From a virus, in the IMG/VR virus record IMGVR_UViG_3300021963_007890, positions 54,418-118,417 of that record: a stretch of DNA of 64,000 bases. One strand, written 5' to 3'. Below are positions 28,870-38,756 of the stretch, piece by piece (position 1 is the first letter of the stretch; every line of letters begins with the position of its first letter). The notes below the pieces were generated by a model. It worked only from the letters and a program-made list of their open reading frames with translations, was not told the origin of the DNA and ran no database searches. The translations under genes were made by a program, and so were the position numbers.

Positions 28870-29736
28870 ATGAAAAAAACACTATTAACACTGCTGATGA
28901 TCTCAGCATTTCCGGTAGCAGCACAAACAACAGTGGCAGCACCAACTCCAACGACCCCCGTTGATCCCACAGTGGGAGTGATGGCAGGCACCGCCACAGC
29001 ACTGACACAGAGTGCGACCAATCGTGTGTTCGTAGATCAAGACGGCGAACGTCCTAATGTCAGCATTACACAAACAGGTAGTGGCAATACAGCAGGCAGT
29101 GATTCAACATATAGCAAAATTATAACAGGTATTGTGGATCGACTAAACGCAGGTGGTGTGCGTCAATACACAGTAAACAGTGCTTTGTATCTACGTGGTG
29201 ACGATCATAACATTATCTTAAATCAAGTGGGCAACAATAACACCATTGCTATGAAGGCCATAAGCCCAGATGTAGCAGCACAGGGAGTAGATATTACTAT
29301 TCAACAATTAGGCAACAGTAACTTTGCTGATGTCCTATGCGGATCAGGATCAAGTTCAGCAGGAACAGCATTGACAGGTTGTAAAGATGCTGTGCTGAAT
29401 TGGAAATTTACAGGCAATAGCAATGCCATACAGTTTCGTGGCACAGGTGATGATCTAAACAGCCAGATCACAGTGACCAGTGGAAACAGCAATGAATTTA
29501 ACATTGACTCTGTAGGTAATAAGCATAATCAAACTATCACCGTGGCAGGTAACTTCAATGTGTTTAATATCAGTCAAACAGGTAACAGCGCCTATGGTAG
29601 CAGTGTTTGGATGGATGTAAATGGAGCAAGTAATAGGTTTGCTATCAGTCAAGCAGGCACACAGGACAATGTAGTTAAAATTACCACTGTGGGCAGTAGT
29701 GGAGTTTGGAATATAATCCAAAGAACAACACCATAA
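28870..29736 (+). CDS. Secreted curlin-repeat protein (CsgA/CsgB-like)
   Basis: Signal peptide and repeated Q-x-G-x-x-N units (SITQTGSGN, ILNQVGNNN, TIQQLGNSN, AISQAGTQDN). Confidence 0.7.
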   Translation: MKKTLLTLLMISAFPVAAQTTVAAPTPTTPVDPTVGVMAGTATALTQSATNRVFVDQDGERPNVSITQTGSGNTAGSDSTYSKIITGIVDRLNAGGVRQYTVNSALYLRGDDHNIILNQVGNNNTIAMKAISPDVAAQGVDITIQQLGNSNFADVLCGSGSSSAGTALTGCKDAVLNWKFTGNSNAIQFRGTGDDLNSQITVTSGNSNEFNIDSVGNKHNQTITVAGNFNVFNISQTGNSAYGSSVWMDVNGASNRFAISQAGTQDNVVKITTVGSSGVWNIIQRTTP

Positions 29737-29745
29737 GGAGTTGTC

Positions 29746-30900
29746 GTGCGTTATTACTTTTTAAGTTTATTATTTTGCGCCACCACGGCCTGGGCAGACA
29801 TAGGTTCAGTTACAGAGATCACAGGCAGTGGCACAATAAAACGTGGTAAAGATTCTGTGACAATAGCCAAGGGAACGGTGATTCAAACCAATGATAAGAT
29901 TGAAACAAAGAATGGCAAGGTTAAAATTACTTTTAAGGACAATACTACAGTATCAGTCACGGAACACAGTAGTTTGGTTATTGATGATTTTGTTTATGAT
30001 CCTAAAAATGCTCAGGGAGGAAAACTTGGTCTAAAGGCCACTGGTGGTGCTGTGCGCTATGTAAGTGGTGCCATAGCTGGTGCTAATCCTAATGCTGTGA
30101 AAATTAATACACCCACTGCTGCTATTGCTGTGCGTGGCACTGACTTTGTTATGGCAGTAAATGAAACTGGAGCATCTACTGTGATATTGATGCCCAGTTG
30201 CGAAGATAACACAGGACCTAATGTAAAAGGTGCTGTATGTGGCAGTGGTGCTATTGATGTAGAAAGTGGCCCTAACCTTGTCACTATGAATCGTCCATTT
30301 CAAGCCACTATGGTAGAAACAGCGGGCGCACCACCTACGCCACCATTGACAGTGAATTTGTTTGCTACACCCGTAGGCACTAATTTATTAGTCAGTCCTC
30401 CACCTATAATGAGCGGTGCGCCGTTGGTAGCAGCCGCAAGAGCAGCCGCGGCAGCAGCAGGTGTTCCGGGAGCAAAGAAAAATGACGCAAAGAAAGAGAG
30501 CAAAGAAGAGAGCAAAGATGGTGGCGACAATTCTGAACAGGTCGCAAGTAACCAGGCGGCAGAAAGTAAAAAGGCTCAAGAAGCCCCTGCTTCAGACAGC
30601 AAGACCACAGTAGCACAGGCTGAGGCCAAAGAAGAAGTTGTAGCCACTGCTGCCAAAGAAGAAACAAAGTCAGAAGATCCAGAATGGCTACGTAAGATTT
30701 ATAAAGATAAAAGTGAAACCAAACAGGTAGGTTGGGCCATAGAATCAGTAAGTCAAAATGGTCGCAATGTAGCACAGGTTTCGCTACAGATGAGCACACA
30801 AGTCCAAGTTAGCGTTACACAGGATATGATGAGTATCAGTAACAATTTTAGTTCAGGACGCCCTCAAGGACAGATTATAATTAATCAAACATACAGATGA
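29746..30900 (+). CDS. Secreted FecR-domain protein
   Basis: Signal peptide; DKIETKNGKVKITFKDNT, LVIDDFVYDP and INTPTAAIAVRGTDF. Confidence 0.85.
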   Translation: MRYYFLSLLFCATTAWADIGSVTEITGSGTIKRGKDSVTIAKGTVIQTNDKIETKNGKVKITFKDNTTVSVTEHSSLVIDDFVYDPKNAQGGKLGLKATGGAVRYVSGAIAGANPNAVKINTPTAAIAVRGTDFVMAVNETGASTVILMPSCEDNTGPNVKGAVCGSGAIDVESGPNLVTMNRPFQATMVETAGAPPTPPLTVNLFATPVGTNLLVSPPPIMSGAPLVAAARAAAAAAGVPGAKKNDAKKESKEESKDGGDNSEQVASNQAAESKKAQEAPASDSKTTVAQAEAKEEVVATAAKEETKSEDPEWLRKIYKDKSETKQVGWAIESVSQNGRNVAQVSLQMSTQVQVSVTQDMMSISNNFSSGRPQGQIIINQTYR

Positions 30901-32744
30901 AATACGGATATAAATGGGTCACAGGATTTGGCATATTTGTTCTTATACTATGCCTAAGTTTAGTTTTTATAGCAATCTCGCCTACTCCGGCTCGTGCTGA
31001 CGTCACCGACCTACAACTACCTGTAGGTAAGGTATTTGACAGTCAATGGAACGTAGGAGCCTGCACCGCAGCCAGTGGAACCTGCTCAGTCAGCGGCCTT
31101 GTATCAAGTCAACTTTATAGTCCATCAGCAGGATGGAAAAGTTTTACCTCAGGTATGACTGTGCGTTTTAGTTATAATAACGGCAGTGTGGCAGGCAACC
31201 CTATACAGTTAGAACTATGGAATAGTAATAATACTCTAAACACTGTGATGATACCTTATGGCAGATTTATTGCTTTTGAAAATGGTGCTAATGAAGGTCG
31301 TCAATATATGTTTGTGGATAACACCACTTGGTATGGATATTATATAAATTTACAAGCATCAACCTCAACTACCAGTTCAACTTGGAATCACGGTGGTGCT
31401 GCCACTACAGCACAATATCAAGCAATCACACAGGCCATGGTCACTGCGCCACCGCCACCAGCCATACCCACAAATAATGTAGCACAGACCAGTGGGTCAA
31501 GTCTATATCCCTATACCAGAGGAACATCAAATCGTGGATGGACAATACAATGGTGGGACTGCTGTGGCAGCGGTGGTTGGAATATGTCAAATGCTACCTG
31601 GAGTCAAGGCGGCACAGGCAGTGGATTTTATGCTTGGGTCACAGGATATCTCCGCTGGCCAGGTGCTCAAGACGGTGTAAGTAGAACCATATGGTTTAGA
31701 ACAGGTTGGGATGACAAGCATAGATTATACATAAATGGCACACAGGTAACTAATGGTGATTGCTGTTCCTACTCTTATGGTTCATATACTGCCAAACCTG
31801 GTGAAATACTTTATGTTCAATTTTATACAGACAACAGTGGCGGTGGTCCTACCAGTTGGGAAATAGCCTGGGATCCACAGGGTGACGGCACCTATGAAAT
31901 ATTAGGTGGCGAAAGCATAGGATTAGAAGCAGGTGGTGGTTCCAGCTGGTATTCAAGCACAGAGACTGCCGCACAACTTAATCAAAAGAATTCAGATCGT
32001 GCTCGATTAGCAGCATTGGCACAGGGCAATAAATTATATATCGCACAAAGTGGCAGTTACGCAGATGTTGATATTATACAAGAAGGTTCAACAAATTATA
32101 TACAGGGTCGTGGTGGTGTAGGTGATGCTCAACTCATAGGTAATTATAATACTCTACGTATTAGACAAGGTGATGGCCTAGGTTCAGGTAAGAACCTAAT
32201 TGAGTTTGATGTTAATGGAACTGCTAATACTGTGACACTGTTACAAGGGTGGAATGGAACTTGGCCCTCTGTCAGTAAGGATGGATTAGAAAGTGGCGGA
32301 CATTTTATTGATCTAAAACTAACAGGTAACAATAACACAGTGACATTTCAACAGGCCAACGTGGGTGCGGCAAATTCAGGACACTATAATAGATCAGAAA
32401 TCACAGGTGACACTAATACAGTGTTAGTAAGACAACTATGGGGCAGCGCAGCCTATCACACATTCTTCGGCAACATTACTGGTAATAGTAATAATGTAGA
32501 TGTATTACAGACAGGCTCAGCAGCCAAGTATATGGATCTTACCTTGACAGGAAATGGACACACTGTGGTGGCCTCACAGTCAGGCACAGGTAGTCATAGA
32601 GCAACAATTGATCTAACCAGAGTGCTAGGATCATCCACTTTAAATCTTACTCAACAAGGTGCTGTCACACAACAATATAACATTACTCAGGCCTGCGCTA
32701 ATCTTAGTGGTTGCTCAGTGACAGTAACACAGGGTTCGCCATGA
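30897..32744 (+). CDS. Secreted protein with PA14-like domain and C-terminal curlin-like repeats
   Basis: N-terminal signal/TM; WVTGYLRWP...FRTGWDDKHRLYING (PA14 DD motif); Q-x-G-x-x-N repeats. Confidence 0.65.
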   Translation: MKYGYKWVTGFGIFVLILCLSLVFIAISPTPARADVTDLQLPVGKVFDSQWNVGACTAASGTCSVSGLVSSQLYSPSAGWKSFTSGMTVRFSYNNGSVAGNPIQLELWNSNNTLNTVMIPYGRFIAFENGANEGRQYMFVDNTTWYGYYINLQASTSTTSSTWNHGGAATTAQYQAITQAMVTAPPPPAIPTNNVAQTSGSSLYPYTRGTSNRGWTIQWWDCCGSGGWNMSNATWSQGGTGSGFYAWVTGYLRWPGAQDGVSRTIWFRTGWDDKHRLYINGTQVTNGDCCSYSYGSYTAKPGEILYVQFYTDNSGGGPTSWEIAWDPQGDGTYEILGGESIGLEAGGGSSWYSSTETAAQLNQKNSDRARLAALAQGNKLYIAQSGSYADVDIIQEGSTNYIQGRGGVGDAQLIGNYNTLRIRQGDGLGSGKNLIEFDVNGTANTVTLLQGWNGTWPSVSKDGLESGGHFIDLKLTGNNNTVTFQQANVGAANSGHYNRSEITGDTNTVLVRQLWGSAAYHTFFGNITGNSNNVDVLQTGSAAKYMDLTLTGNGHTVVASQSGTGSHRATIDLTRVLGSSTLNLTQQGAVTQQYNITQACANLSGCSVTVTQGSP

Positions 32745-32974
32745 ACATCAATCAATTACACAAAGAAATTTGTCTACAGATCTTTCGTGTGATAGAATTA
32801 TGCTATAGTCAAGGTGTTACAACAACCTGGCGTGACATTTATCTATTTCTTAGACTACCTAAAAAAATTTGGGAAGGTGATACTGATTTAGATGAAAAAA
32901 TTATAGTATCTTCAGATGAAGAACTAGAAATGATCCGCGACCTTTTAATGGCCAACTTCGCTACAAAACATTAA
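32741..32974 (+). CDS. Hypothetical protein
   Basis: ATGA-coupled start at 32741. Confidence 0.6.
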   Translation: MNINQLHKEICLQIFRVIELCYSQGVTTTWRDIYLFLRLPKKIWEGDTDLDEKIIVSSDEELEMIRDLLMANFATKH

Positions 32975-32982
32975 ATATACAC

Positions 32983-33059
32983 ATAGGATCCTTACAGCAA
33001 AATTATTTGGCCTTCTTGATCGCTGTTCACAGCGTGTGATATCCCAAAACGGATCCTGT
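32983..33059 (+). ncRNA. Candidate small structured RNA
   Basis: Closing helix ataggatcc/ggatcctgt, inner hairpin cgctgt-tc-acagcg, and a TAAATA promoter about 5 nt upstream. Confidence 0.45.
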
Positions 33060-33074
33060 TTATAAAGCAACCAC

Positions 33075-33371
33075 ATGAAAAAATTCTTATTAGTATTGTT
33101 GTTATTTCCATTCACTGCTCATGCTCAACAAACTGCCTATAAGGCCGTAATGTGTGCAGATACTCAAAATGTTATAAAATCTCTTACTGGAAATGATTAT
33201 AAAGAACGACCATTCTGGATGGGTGTTGATCAGAAAGATCATACATTCTCAATTTTTTATAATAAAGAAACTACAGGGTGGACCATAATTGAATTTAAAG
33301 GTAAGACTGCCTGTATATTGGGCGCTGGTGAGGAAAGTCAATTAAGTCAAGAGCTAAGTAAAATAAAGTAA
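33075..33371 (+). CDS. Secreted hypothetical protein
   Basis: Signal peptide and two Cys. Confidence 0.7.
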   Translation: MKKFLLVLLLFPFTAHAQQTAYKAVMCADTQNVIKSLTGNDYKERPFWMGVDQKDHTFSIFYNKETTGWTIIEFKGKTACILGAGEESQLSQELSKIK

Positions 33372-33385
33372 AGGGATAAAGCATT

Positions 33386-34144
33386 ATGTTCATATTATCA
33401 GGTGGCATGACATTATCGGGAGGGCTCACATTTACACCGACCTATAATTTAGCCTCATCTGGATTGAGAGTTCATTTAGATGCTGCTAATACTAGCAGTT
33501 ATCCGGGATCGGGTTCGACCTGGACAGATCTAAGCGGAACTGGAAATAATGCTACATTAATTAATACTCCTGTTTATAGTGCTAGTTTTGGTGGATACAT
33601 AGGAGATAATGGTTCTAATACAGCATATATGTCGCTGGCAAATGCGTCTAGTACTCTAGTTTTCGGAACAGGTGATTTTACTATAGAAATCTGGCATAGA
33701 CCGAAATTTGATACTACGAGTGGTAGTGTATCTGCTGTATTATTCCAAATTGGAGGAGTATTGTTATCCTGGGATAATATTTACAAATCTTGGAACGGTG
33801 AATCTATTTCAACAGGTGGGAGTGGAACTTATACCGCAAGACCAGATAGTAATAATAATATATTAGCATTGTGTCCTCAAAATATATGGAAGCAGGTAGT
33901 GTATAGAAGGCAAGGAACAACAGCACAGATTTTTTATAATGGGGCTTTGGTAGCTACTGGAACTGATAATGCCAATTACACAGGAGGAGGTCCTCAAGGT
34001 AATTATTGGATAGGTGAAAGAGATCCTTATCCTGAACAGCAATTTAAATGCGATGTAAGTATTTTAAGAATCTACAATAGAGCTATCTCTAATTTAGAAA
34101 TAAGTGATAATTTTAATCTCCAGAAAACAAGATATAGCATTTAA
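33386..34144 (+). CDS. LamG/concanavalin-A-like lectin virion protein
   Basis: HLDAANTSSYPGSGSTWTDLSG, DFTIEIW and LRIYNRAIS. Confidence 0.85.
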   Translation: MFILSGGMTLSGGLTFTPTYNLASSGLRVHLDAANTSSYPGSGSTWTDLSGTGNNATLINTPVYSASFGGYIGDNGSNTAYMSLANASSTLVFGTGDFTIEIWHRPKFDTTSGSVSAVLFQIGGVLLSWDNIYKSWNGESISTGGSGTYTARPDSNNNILALCPQNIWKQVVYRRQGTTAQIFYNGALVATGTDNANYTGGGPQGNYWIGERDPYPEQQFKCDVSILRIYNRAISNLEISDNFNLQKTRYSI

Positions 34145-34162
34145 AAATAAGGATAGGGAATA

Positions 34163-35071
34163 ATGTTAATTCAAGGAGGAGTATTAATTAGTAGTGGAGT
34201 ATCTATGATAGGTATTCCTTCACAAATAGATATTCTTCTTGTGGCAGGTGGGGCCGGCGGTACTAGGTCTTTTAATGGTGGCAGTCCCGGAGGTGGGGCC
34301 GGAGGATGGATAGAAGTTTTTAATATTGATCTAGTATCTGGTACAACTTATAATATCACAATAGGTTCCGGTGGTAACGGTGGCGGATATAGTACTTCTA
34401 ATAATGGTAATGACAGTTTATTTGGCACATTGCTCACAGCCAAGGGCGGAGGCGCTAATATATTAAATGGTTTTTGGTCTGAAAATGGTCGAAGTGGTGG
34501 AAGTGGTGGTGGAAGTGCTCCAGGATCTACTTGGGTAGGAGGATCCGCAACACAACCACTACAACCTGGTCTAAGTGGCGCATATGGATTTGGTAATCGT
34601 GGCGCCAGTGTTGTAGTATCAAATGGTGATGTAGGAGGGGGAGGTGGTGGAGCAGGCGGACCTGGCGGATCTGTAACAACTGTTGCAGATGGAGGAGCTG
34701 GCAAACAAAGTTCTATATCAGGAACCCCTACATTTTACGCTGGGGGAGGTGGCGGAGCATCTTATGGAACAGCAGGAACTCCCCCTCAACGAGCAGGAGC
34801 AGGAGGCAGTGGTATAGGCGGTGATGGGAGCAATCTAAATGGTGCCGCTGCCGCTGTGGGCGGAAGTGGAAGTATCAATGGTTTACTAAATTCCGGATCT
34901 GGTGGAGGTGGAGCTTACGGATTCACTTCGGGAAATGGAGGATCTGGAGTGTGTATATTAAGACATCCAAATACAATACCACAAAAAACTACCACCGGAT
35001 CTCCTACTATAACAACCAGCAGCGGATATATTATATATATATGGACTGGAACTGGAAGTATAACATGGTGA
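34163..35071 (+). CDS. Glycine-rich virion decoration protein
   Basis: LLVAGGAGG...YAGGGGG...GGSGVCILR. Confidence 0.8.
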   Translation: MLIQGGVLISSGVSMIGIPSQIDILLVAGGAGGTRSFNGGSPGGGAGGWIEVFNIDLVSGTTYNITIGSGGNGGGYSTSNNGNDSLFGTLLTAKGGGANILNGFWSENGRSGGSGGGSAPGSTWVGGSATQPLQPGLSGAYGFGNRGASVVVSNGDVGGGGGGAGGPGGSVTTVADGGAGKQSSISGTPTFYAGGGGGASYGTAGTPPQRAGAGGSGIGGDGSNLNGAAAAVGGSGSINGLLNSGSGGGGAYGFTSGNGGSGVCILRHPNTIPQKTTTGSPTITTSSGYIIYIWTGTGSITW

Positions 35072-35077
35072 GATCTT

Positions 35078-35449
35078 ATGGCACATTTTGCTAAGTTAGA
35101 CGAAAACAACATAGTATTATTAGTATGTACGGTTAATAATAATGTAATACTTGATGAACAAGGTATTGAAAGAGAATCTAAAGGAATTGACTTTTTAACC
35201 GGATGGTCTGGTGGGCACCGTAATTGGAAACAAACTAGTTATAATTGCTCTTTTAGAAAAAACTATGCCGGTATCGGTGATAGATATGATCCTGTTTTAG
35301 ATGCTTTTATCTCACCCTCACCTTACCCTAGTTGGAACCTAAATACACAAACTTGTAGATATGAACCTCCTGTTCCGTTTCCGAGTATTCATGAAAATAA
35401 ACGATGGGGTTGGGACGAAAATATTCAAAACTGGATTGAAATACCTTAA
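35078..35449 (+). CDS. Conserved partner of glycine-rich proteins
   Basis: MAHFAKLDENN...WKQTSYN..FRKNYAGIG..YD...DAFI. Confidence 0.75.
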   Translation: MAHFAKLDENNIVLLVCTVNNNVILDEQGIERESKGIDFLTGWSGGHRNWKQTSYNCSFRKNYAGIGDRYDPVLDAFISPSPYPSWNLNTQTCRYEPPVPFPSIHENKRWGWDENIQNWIEIP

Positions 35450-35483
35450 TTCTATATAGAAAAATTAAACACAGGGAGACGCA

Positions 35484-36116
35484 ATGTTAGAAACTTGCTG
35501 CGATGTTTTAGCAGAAGCATATCACCGTAATTGGATTACCAGTAGAGACGGTAATCTCAGTATTAGATACCACGATCGTAATCATTTTTATATAACACCA
35601 AGTGGTGTGCGCAAACAAAAACTACAATACGATATGTTTAAAAAGATACGTATTGCTAATAAGGGTACGACAGAATATCCTGAAGTCATAGAACAAGATG
35701 ATATCAGTGGTAATTTACAGCCCAGTGGAGAACTGCCATTACATTGGGGACTTCAGAGACAAATGGGACAGCACTCAGAAGATATTCGTGTGGTAGTTCA
35801 TCTTCACCCAACATACACCATAGCGGCCATGCACCGTGGCATAATCCTACAAGACCTAGTGAAAGACTTTCCTGAACTTAGTCGTTATACTAAAGTAGCA
35901 CCTAATGTAGGTGATGTTGCTCCGATCAGCCAAGAACTAGCAGATGAATGCCACCGCGCCCTAGAGCTAGATAAGTTTGGCAATATTGCCTATGACATAG
36001 TAGGCATAAAAGGACATGGAGTAGTGGCCATAGATACCACACCCTGGCGAGCCTTTGAGCATATAGAGAGATTAGAGCACATTTGCCAAATAGTCTTGGC
36101 CAGCGGTGTAAAATAG
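35484..36116 (+). CDS. Class II aldolase/adducin family protein
   Basis: DGNLS, ITPSG, PSGELPLH, VVHLHP and GHGVV. Confidence 0.88.
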   Translation: MLETCCDVLAEAYHRNWITSRDGNLSIRYHDRNHFYITPSGVRKQKLQYDMFKKIRIANKGTTEYPEVIEQDDISGNLQPSGELPLHWGLQRQMGQHSEDIRVVVHLHPTYTIAAMHRGIILQDLVKDFPELSRYTKVAPNVGDVAPISQELADECHRALELDKFGNIAYDIVGIKGHGVVAIDTTPWRAFEHIERLEHICQIVLASGVK

Positions 36117-36172
36117 TGTATAATCCTTGTATAGGACAATAAATATCACACCTAACACATATAGAGGATTTT

Positions 36173-36469
36173 ATGAAACAACTAGCAATTCTAGCATTAT
36201 CAGCCCTACCATTTACAGCACAGGCAGACGAGGCTCTACTTAAAAAGTATAACTGCACTGCCTGTCATCAAAACGCTGCCAAACTAGTAGGACCAGCATA
36301 TAAGGATGTAGCAGCAAAATACACAGGCCAGAATATGACCGATAAACTAGCGGCCAAGATCAAGGCAGGTGGTGCTGGTGTATGGGGACAAGTTCCTATG
36401 CCCCCTCATCCACAGATTCCGGACGCTGATCTTAAGAAAATGGCCGCATATATTCTAACCATTAAGTAA
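36173..36469 (+). CDS. Periplasmic cytochrome c551/c552
   Basis: Signal peptide, CTACH, KLVGPAYKDVA and GVWGQVPMPP. Confidence 0.93.
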   Translation: MKQLAILALSALPFTAQADEALLKKYNCTACHQNAAKLVGPAYKDVAAKYTGQNMTDKLAAKIKAGGAGVWGQVPMPPHPQIPDADLKKMAAYILTIK

Positions 36470-36474
36470 CAGAT

Positions 36475-36633
36475 ATGAAATACGCCATCGCTACATTTGT
36501 AGCCTTTATCTTGCCCGTTTTAATTGGTCTTGGTCTATACGCCATCAAGGATCAACACTACGGTGTAACTAACATATGTAATGAACAATTTTACCCAGAT
36601 CTCTGCGGTAAAAAGACTGACAAAGAATCTTAA
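36475..36633 (+). CDS. Small membrane peptide (52 aa)
   Basis: Manually translated: MKYAIATFVAFILPVLIGLGLYAIK... Confidence 0.5.
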   Translation: MKYAIATFVAFILPVLIGLGLYAIKDQHYGVTNICNEQFYPDLCGKKTDKES

Positions 36634-36656
36634 TTTTTTAACAGGAGACACAGACC

Positions 36657-37031
36657 ATGTTCGGACTTATTAAATTTCTCATTTCTCTATATCGTGCTTT
36701 CGTAGCACTACTTGATCCCAATCGTAATGCGCTCAAAGATGCACCCCCTCAAATTAAGTATATCACCAGCGTATTTTTAGCGACATTTTGGGCATTAGCA
36801 TTCAATCTATATACAGGAGAACTTTGGTATCTTGGGTATAACATCATTGGACACTTTGCTATAGTGAGTATGGCATTTGTCACTTGGTTGGTATTCCGTC
36901 ATTTCCGTAAGACCTATACAAATAGATCGGAGTACGATCTACTACGTGATCCTAACCGCTTGCCCAAGTGTTATGAACTGACCGATGAAGAGAGACTACA
37001 GGCCGCACAGAAAGCAAGTTTTCAAAATTAA
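36657..37031 (+). CDS. Membrane protein
   Basis: Two TMs; AGGAG RBS. Confidence 0.7.
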   Translation: MFGLIKFLISLYRAFVALLDPNRNALKDAPPQIKYITSVFLATFWALAFNLYTGELWYLGYNIIGHFAIVSMAFVTWLVFRHFRKTYTNRSEYDLLRDPNRLPKCYELTDEERLQAAQKASFQN

Positions 37032-37091
37032 ACCAAATCCCTGTATCTCGGCATTAAATATTCCATATTATGGCAACTATAAAGGCACAAC

Positions 37092-38756
37092 ATGGAATCA
37101 AGATACAGGGAACTAGAACACCTCATCACTAAATTTACCAGGCAAATACCCGATACTGAAGAATATAACACAAGACTAGCAGAAGAATTAGAACTCATAG
37201 CACAACTAGGTTTTGCCAAACACTTTCTAAGAGTTAGAGAAATATTGGATCTAACTCGTGACATTCCACACATAACCAGAGGTTCAGCAGGCTCAAGCCT
37301 GATCTGTTATCTAATGGCTATATCAGATGTAGATCCTGTTAAGGAACGCATACCTTTAGCACGTTTTATGAATCCTAAACGTGATGACTTACCTGACATA
37401 GACTTAGACTTTCCTCACTGGCAACAGGAAACTGTGATGAACAGGATATACAAAAGATGGCCAGGACAATCTGCCCGTGTGTCAAACTATGTAACCTATA
37501 AAGAAAAATCTGCCATACGAGAAGCCGCTAAGAGATATGGTGCCAAGGGCAGACTACCTCGCAATATTGATCTCGATAAGGTTGTGCCCGAATTCGCCGA
37601 AGATGCCAAAAGGCTAGTTAAAAAACTACTAGGTAAGAAACGCTGTATATCTAAACACTGCGGTGGCATATTGATCTTTGATCGCTCAGTGCCTAAAAGC
37701 CTAATCAATGCTGAGAATCAAATTCTACTGGACAAATATGAAATTGAAGATCTTGAACACTTTAAGATAGATATCTTGGCTAATCGTGGGCTAAGTCAAC
37801 TATGGGAAATAGAACAGCGTTCATTGTCTGACTATCCCGAACATGATGAGGCTACCAGCGAACTATTGTGTCGTGGTGATATACTGGGTGTAACACAGGG
37901 TGAAAGCCCTGCTATGAAGCGTCTGTTTCGTGCTATTCGTCCTAAGAGCAAGAGTGACTGCACCTTGGCCACAGCACTGATTCGTCCAGTGGCTACACAA
38001 GGTCGTCGTAAGGCCAGTTTCTTTCAAGACTGGTCAAAGGATGGATTTCAAGATACCATAGTGTTCGAAGATGATGCCATAGAACTTATATCAGAGATTC
38101 TAGGCTGTGATACGTATACCGCAGACATGTGGCGTCGTGCTTTTGCCAAAAAGAACGAAGAAAAGATGTTCGAATTCCTACAACTAGTGGGCGATCATCC
38201 ACGTAAGGACGATGTGTTTATGGCGCTGAAAGAACTCAGCCACTTTGGTCTGTGTCGTGCTCATGCCATAAACTTAGGAAGGTTGATCTGGGCCTTGGCA
38301 TACCAAAAGGCTCATAACCCCGAAGCATTCTGGCGTGCTGCCCTCAAACACTGTCAAGGCTCATATGCTCGTTGGGTCTATTGGCAAGAAGCAAAGTTAG
38401 CGGGTGCTGTGCCTTCCATAGGCCAGGGTGGTGAAATTGAGGATCTAATGAAAATGGGTCGTTGGCGTTCAAAGAGTTTTATACCTGTGTGCCAGGAAAT
38501 TCGCAAGCCAGGGCAGGTAGAGTTCTGTGGATTGGTAGCAAACTATCGTGTGTTCAAATCTAAGCCTAAAGAGTATATAACATTTGTCACACTGGGCACA
38601 GGCAATGGTCGTTACTTGGATGTGGTTCTACCTCATGCTGTGAGCCTACATGATCATCCTATTATCTGGGGCACGGGCAAATTGGGGTATAAAAATAACA
38701 CAGAATATGTTACAGTATACAAGCATAAAAGAATCAAACTACAAGAATTAGTATGA
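37092..38756 (+). CDS. Family C DNA polymerase (DnaE-like) lacking the PHP domain
   Basis: RGSAGSSL, LPDIDLDF, SKHCGG, FKIDIL, HFGLCRAHA and C-terminal OB-like region; only 554 aa. Confidence 0.85.
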   Translation: MESRYRELEHLITKFTRQIPDTEEYNTRLAEELELIAQLGFAKHFLRVREILDLTRDIPHITRGSAGSSLICYLMAISDVDPVKERIPLARFMNPKRDDLPDIDLDFPHWQQETVMNRIYKRWPGQSARVSNYVTYKEKSAIREAAKRYGAKGRLPRNIDLDKVVPEFAEDAKRLVKKLLGKKRCISKHCGGILIFDRSVPKSLINAENQILLDKYEIEDLEHFKIDILANRGLSQLWEIEQRSLSDYPEHDEATSELLCRGDILGVTQGESPAMKRLFRAIRPKSKSDCTLATALIRPVATQGRRKASFFQDWSKDGFQDTIVFEDDAIELISEILGCDTYTADMWRRAFAKKNEEKMFEFLQLVGDHPRKDDVFMALKELSHFGLCRAHAINLGRLIWALAYQKAHNPEAFWRAALKHCQGSYARWVYWQEAKLAGAVPSIGQGGEIEDLMKMGRWRSKSFIPVCQEIRKPGQVEFCGLVANYRVFKSKPKEYITFVTLGTGNGRYLDVVLPHAVSLHDHPIIWGTGKLGYKNNTEYVTVYKHKRIKLQELV

